Below, in pieces: positions 58,898-64,000 of a stretch of DNA of 64,000 bases. The notes under the pieces are model-generated. The model was not told where the DNA came from. It ran no database searches and was given only the letters and a program-made list of their open reading frames with translations. Numbering within the stretch: position 1 is the stretch's first letter; each line of letters begins with the position of its first letter. A program made the position numbers and the translations under genes. Source of the stretch: Macrostomum hystrix. Its lineage: Eukaryota; Animalia; Platyhelminthes. The DNA lies in assembly GCA_950097015.1 (NCBI GenBank), contig CATNEN010000038.1, forward strand, positions 10,168,001 to 10,232,000, in the 5' to 3' direction.

Positions 58898-61737
58898 ATG
58901 AAGCAGGCTTACCCACCACTATTTTTGCAATGTACGTCAGTTGGAGTCAACGTAATGGCAATGTACTCTGGACACCACTACCGCACGCCAAATATGAACT
59001 CGTCCCTTATCGAGAATTATACGAGTGCTAATATGTACGTTTTGACACAGGACACAACATTACCAGAAATTATAAATAATACATCTGAATCGTGAGTAAT
59101 ATTTAAAATTTTAAATTTGACGAAAACAAAAAAACTTCGTCTTTGTATTTTACTTATATATTGTGTTCAGCGAAATGTTATTAATTATGTTAATAGCAAA
59201 GCATTATATTATATTACCCCATATAGTACTTGGCACCATATAAGAATAAGCTATATATATGAAACTTAATCACTGGCTAATTTACATCTGTAACATTCAG
59301 TTTTAGATATTTTTAACAATTTAAATTATTTATAAAGAAGATATATATATTGCAAACATATACCTTATCTTTTCACTTAGTCATACATTGACAAATGTAA
59401 AATGGAAAAGATGATGAGAAAATGATTTAATATCTTGCAGCTAAGTTAAATAAACAAATTTCAATTTAATTTGGCAAAATTTAATAGTTAAAAGTGCAAT
59501 AAAATATATGCTATACAATTAATATGTCTAAAAATAATTTTTATACACTTATATTTTTATTTTTATTTTTAAAAATAATGCTCTGTGGGACTATACTGTA
59601 ATTCAGCTACAAACAATCAATGTTGTATTTTTATAATATAAAAATCCTTTATGTAGCTACTTAAATAAGATTATACAGCAAAAAGGAAGCTTTTATTGTG
59701 TGTACCCATTTACAAAAAGGAAAATCTTTCAGTTTTCTAACGGGCATCGAAAGTAATAATAATAAATGTAAATTAAATTACAAGAAAACACGGAGTTTAA
59801 ATAAATACACAAAATGATTATTTAAATGACCTCAGTAAGAGCTGGCTAATGTTTTAAAGTACTTTTTACAGAAAATGTCAATTTCAACAATGTTCTTTCC
59901 AAAGATTAACAAATCGAATTGTTTTGCACAGGTCAGCAGCTACTTCGTTCTCCTCCAGCCAGCAATCGCTTCCAATATCAGAGTGTTCAGGAGCATCGTC
60001 CAGCTTAATAGATAACGAATGCAGCAGCTACGGGGCTTGGTCCGAGGAGTCGTTGGCCTATCACAACCACCTGCTGGACAGGTCTGCGAGCACCTCTGCT
60101 TCGCTGTCATCGCCAACTGGGGCCGCCAGGGCCCAGTGCCTACTGTCGGGCTCTAGTCGACGATCCGGCGTCGCTTGGCTGGCTGCCGCCGCTAACCAGC
60201 TGGGCCTGAGCCGGCCAACCCTCCACCTGGCTGCCAGCCTGTTTGACCGCTATCTGATTGCAACCCAGGACGATGGCCCTACTGCCGGGCTGCAGACTGC
60301 TGAATCTCCGCTACCGCTAGCTTCCGCCTGCTTGTCGCTGTCCGCCAAACTGCACGAACAGGTAGGTTATTGCCATAATCAGTTAATAAGGGACTGGGGC
60401 ACTAGCACATCATTTTGTGACATTTAGCAGTTGAAAGATCACGGGGCCGTATAGGTAATTCCAGCCATATAGGTAATTTTTTCATCATTAATCCTGCAGG
60501 AAGCCGTGTCAGGTCGGTTGAGTCGCCTCATCCGCCAGCTGCTGCCGCCGCCGCCCTTGCCCAGCCTTCTAGATCTGGAGTGCCGCATAATCAGCCGTTT
60601 CGACGGCGACCTCAGCTCGCCAACCGAAGCGGAATTCGCCGAATTTTATCGTCGCTTAACAGAGGCCGACAATTTGACAGCTGGCGAAGCGTCAACCGTG
60701 GCCGGCTGGCTGGACGTGTTCCTGGATAGGCTGCTACTGCGGCTGGACCTCCTGCGACTGTATCCACCCAGCCTACTTGGCTTGGTGGCCCTGACCGCAG
60801 CCAGGTAATGACATAACTCTTTTTGTTGATATTTTCTGTTGGTCTGTTGCGCCCATAGATATTGCACCTATCCAGTTTGGGCCAGGTTTAGCAACAACCA
60901 ATTAAATCCAACAAACAATTGCTGCGTAGCTCTTCCAAAAGCTGCGTCCTGCTGCTCAGTCAATGGACTGTAGGGCGCTCAAACCCTTAAGCCTAAAAGT
61001 AAACAGAAGCAATCGAAAATTTTATATTTGGACCAATATAAATTTGCCATTGATTTTTACACAGTGCAATGTTAGTTATCCTTATCACTAGTGTCTTCGA
61101 CAAGGATCGCTGAATATCTCGACGATGCTGACGTCGAATGGCTTTGAAAGTTAGTTCATCGTTGAAAGTTAGTCTTGATCCATATGACTTTTACGAAAAT
61201 CAGTCATTCCTTTTGGGAGCTAGTGTCTTGATCAAAGACACAAGCAGTTTACGCTGGCTGAGAATCAAACTCTAAGCCTCCATGTTAGTAGTTCGAAACT
61301 CTATCCATTTGCTGTTAAATGCAATTTTATTCGCAAACGTCCGCGCGTCCAGATCCGTGGCCGCCGCCACCGTGGCAGCCTCATCAACTTCAACAACAGC
61401 CGCCGCCGTGGCCGCCGCTCGCCTCGCCTGGTGCTGCCCTCGGCTGATCCAACTAAGTGGGGCTAGCGCCTCGGAAACTGAATCGATGGTAGCCTGGCTA
61501 CTGGTCACGTGGGCCTCCGATGTGCAGCAGTATCACCTGCAGCAGCAGCAACAGCAACAGCAGCAGCGGATGCAGAGAGCCTCACCGCCAGCAGCCTACT
61601 GGCAATGTCCCTCAGCTCTGTGGAATACCGCCCCGCCGAATGTCACTAATCCGAAGGCTTCAGCGGCTGGCGATGTCGGAATCTGGCAGTCGACGTCAGC
61701 CAACCAGCTGATTGGTTTCTCCAGCTGTATTTCATAG
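58898..61737 (+). CDS. Divergent cyclin (cyclin-box protein, possibly cyclin J/O-like)
   Basis: Exons 58898-59091 (least certain), 59932-60361, 60500-60804 and 61353-61737, all phase-compatible. Cyclin N-box RRSGVAWLAAAANQLGLSRPTLHLAASLFDRYL..LASACLSLSAKLHEQE, LLDLECRIISRFDGDLSSPTEAEF, C-box YPPSLLGLVALTAAR, and a poly-Q tail. Confidence 0.8.
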
Positions 61738-62383
61738 CGCGAGGAGTTTTCATGCGCAAAGAATTTCTCGTAGAGCATAAAACTTGTCACAATTATTCTC
61801 ATACATAAATACCTATCTATCCATAAAGTTTGAGTGCATGGTTCTCTGGTCACATTTTCAACGCCTAGTCTTTCTCGCAGCATTCTCACCTGACTAAGAA
61901 GCTATTTCAATTGGTGGTTTCAATACTATGAATATCAACCCCAGATTAAATGCGGCATTATCCCATAATGAAATCCAAAATTATCCCAATATTCCATCTA
62001 AACTTGTCTCGTTGTGTCCCTTAAACCCAATGAAACTTATCCAATTCACTTGAAGAAAAACTTTTTTCAATTCCATTAAGCCGGCCTACAGTTGCTATCT
62101 TTAACTTCTATCTTAAATAATGCCCATTTATAAGCGCCCAACTGGGCTCTGTAACAGTGTTACAAATTTATAAATGAACTAGTGCCCCTTATTCAGTCCA
62201 CGCATCTAGTTCTTTGCAAAGCTGAAAATCTCCGAATTCCCATATCCTATCCGCAGCCTTGGCCTAGCAGAAATTTCTCGAGAGTAACATTTTCTGACAC
62301 TTTAGTGAATAACCTGATCGATTTTGGACAAACAACTGAACCCGCCGTCATTGACTTCGGTTAAATCCGATGTTAAATTTTAG

Positions 62384-62578
62384 CCACTCTCCCTCAGTCC
62401 ATCAGTCAGCCACTCTCCCTCAGTCCATCAGTCAGCCACTCTCCCTCAGTCCATCAGTCAGCCACTCTCCCTCAGTCCATCAGTCAGCCACTCTCCCTCA
62501 GTCCATCAGTCAGCCACTCTCCCTCAGTCCATCAGTCAGCCACTCTCCCTCAGTCCATCAGTCAGCCACTCTCCCTCA
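62384..62578. repeat. 26-bp tandem repeat (CACTCTCCCTCAGTCCATCAGTCAGC)n, ~7.5 perfect units
   Basis: Directly visible. Confidence 0.96.
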
Positions 62579-63926
62579 TTTCTCATTTTCAGTCGTTGGG
62601 GTCCAAAATCGACAGCGCATAAAAAAACAAATTGAAAAGTATTGCATTTTATTTTCAGTTTTTGTCGCGCGTTGATCAAACACAGTGAGAAAGTTTTTTA
62701 TGCGAGTAAAGTCTTTCACAGAGCGTCAACAAAGTCCTTGCAGCGTCTCCTCAAATATCCCAAGGCGCACAATGTCCCCCAGACCCGTTCGCGTTTGGCA
62801 ACTACCCCGTTGGTGATTTACTCGTCGATTACTCAAATAGATCTGCGCCTGACTTTTTGATGTTGAATTTTTAGCAGCGGCCAAAATTTCAACCAAAGAA
62901 TCCAAAAAAGTTTCAGGCACTTCAAATCGCTAACTTTTCTATTCCTTGGCGAACAGAAGAATACCAATAGCAGTTCACAATGTAACTTTTTCTTGTCTTC
63001 TGCTTTTGCGTTTCTTCCACTGTACATTTTGTGTTTTTGTTTTACTTTCCGTTTTCCTTTCAGAACTTTTGCTTTTGTAATTTGATTGATTTTCTGACTA
63101 AGTGAACTCACTGGCTCAACTGAATTGGGTCATTTCAATGAGACTTTACTAGTATTCACAGCGAAACGCTAGCTCCTCATCTTGCACAAATGTGATAACA
63201 CTCATTTATTTATTATTTCAATTTCATAACAAGTTTTTTATTGCTTAACATTGAAAACATTGCATTTAAACTTTTCTCGCGCAGAATGTATCAAATATGA
63301 CAGTTTTTTGAACAGTTTCATTTCATACATTTATTTTCACATGTTTTTTCTTGTCACGAATCGCCAACAAGACCAGATGATCTCTTTGTCCAAGTCCTTC
63401 TTCTCAGACGATCGCTCACAAATTTTAACAAAAACTGTTTAGTTTGTACGCTCGTCCTATGTACAAATAGTACACTTATATTGCCATTAGTAAACCTGTC
63501 AACTCTATTTCAGTTTTCAGAGTGTTGGGCCACTCGCAATTGGCCGTATATTTTAATTATTAAGTTATTAAGTTTCTAATATGAACAACCTGGAACCAAA
63601 TTTTCTATTGTGCAATGTTTTCACACAGAGAGAGAGACAATGAGCCAGAAAGTCAAGCCGATCGATTCATAAAATCATACTCATAAAAAATGAAGTGCGC
63701 TCTCTCAATAAAAGTAAAATCTACTGAAAAAAGGACTTCAGAATACGACAAAGCGCATGACAATGCGAATATTTTTCTATTTGTCATACAAGTCCAACAC
63801 TTAACAACACAGACACTATTTGCACAGAAAGACTGTTAAAATAATAACAGAAACTAAACCCTAGCATTGCCTTTTGCTCTTATTTATTTTTATAGATCTT
63901 CAACAGATCTTCAACAGGATCGTAAC

Positions 63927-64000
63927 AGAAACAGTTTAGGAGTGACTGAAACAGTTCAGGAGTGACTGAAACAGTTCAGGAGTGACTGAAACAGTTTAGG
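63927..64000. repeat. 20-bp tandem repeat (GGAGTGACTGAAACAGTTYA)n running off the right edge
   Basis: Directly visible. Confidence 0.9.

Overview
Eukaryotic (animal) genomic DNA: spliced genes with GC-rich exons set in AT-rich introns and intergenic regions. Roughly a quarter of the window is micro- or minisatellite. The gene set and repeat style suggest a free-living flatworm such as Macrostomum (inference). Seven protein-coding genes were reconstructed by hand with phase-compatible GT-AG junctions. (1) A VWDE-like type I membrane protein (-) with an internal frame break and a TTDR stalk. (2) FOXRED2 (-), with a 5.3-kb 15/21-bp satellite in its last intron. (3) A DEG/ENaC channel (+) with an altered HG motif. 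(4) An intronless NPF/NPY precursor (+) that encodes two NPF-type RPRFamide peptides. (5) An NTE/PNPLA6-7-like protein (+) lacking the catalytic serine and the glycine-rich oxyanion loop. (6) A ROR receptor tyrosine kinase (-). (7) A divergent cyclin (+). There is also a foldback/MITE element with ~276-bp inverted arms and TA flanks, a tRNA-derived SINE-like fragment and several dispersed repeats. Almost all long low-complexity ORFs in the supplied track are artefacts of tandem repeats. The most notable items are the double-NPF precursor, its position 2.1 kb downstream of a DEG/ENaC channel (a family that includes RFamide-gated members), and the NTE pseudo-enzyme.
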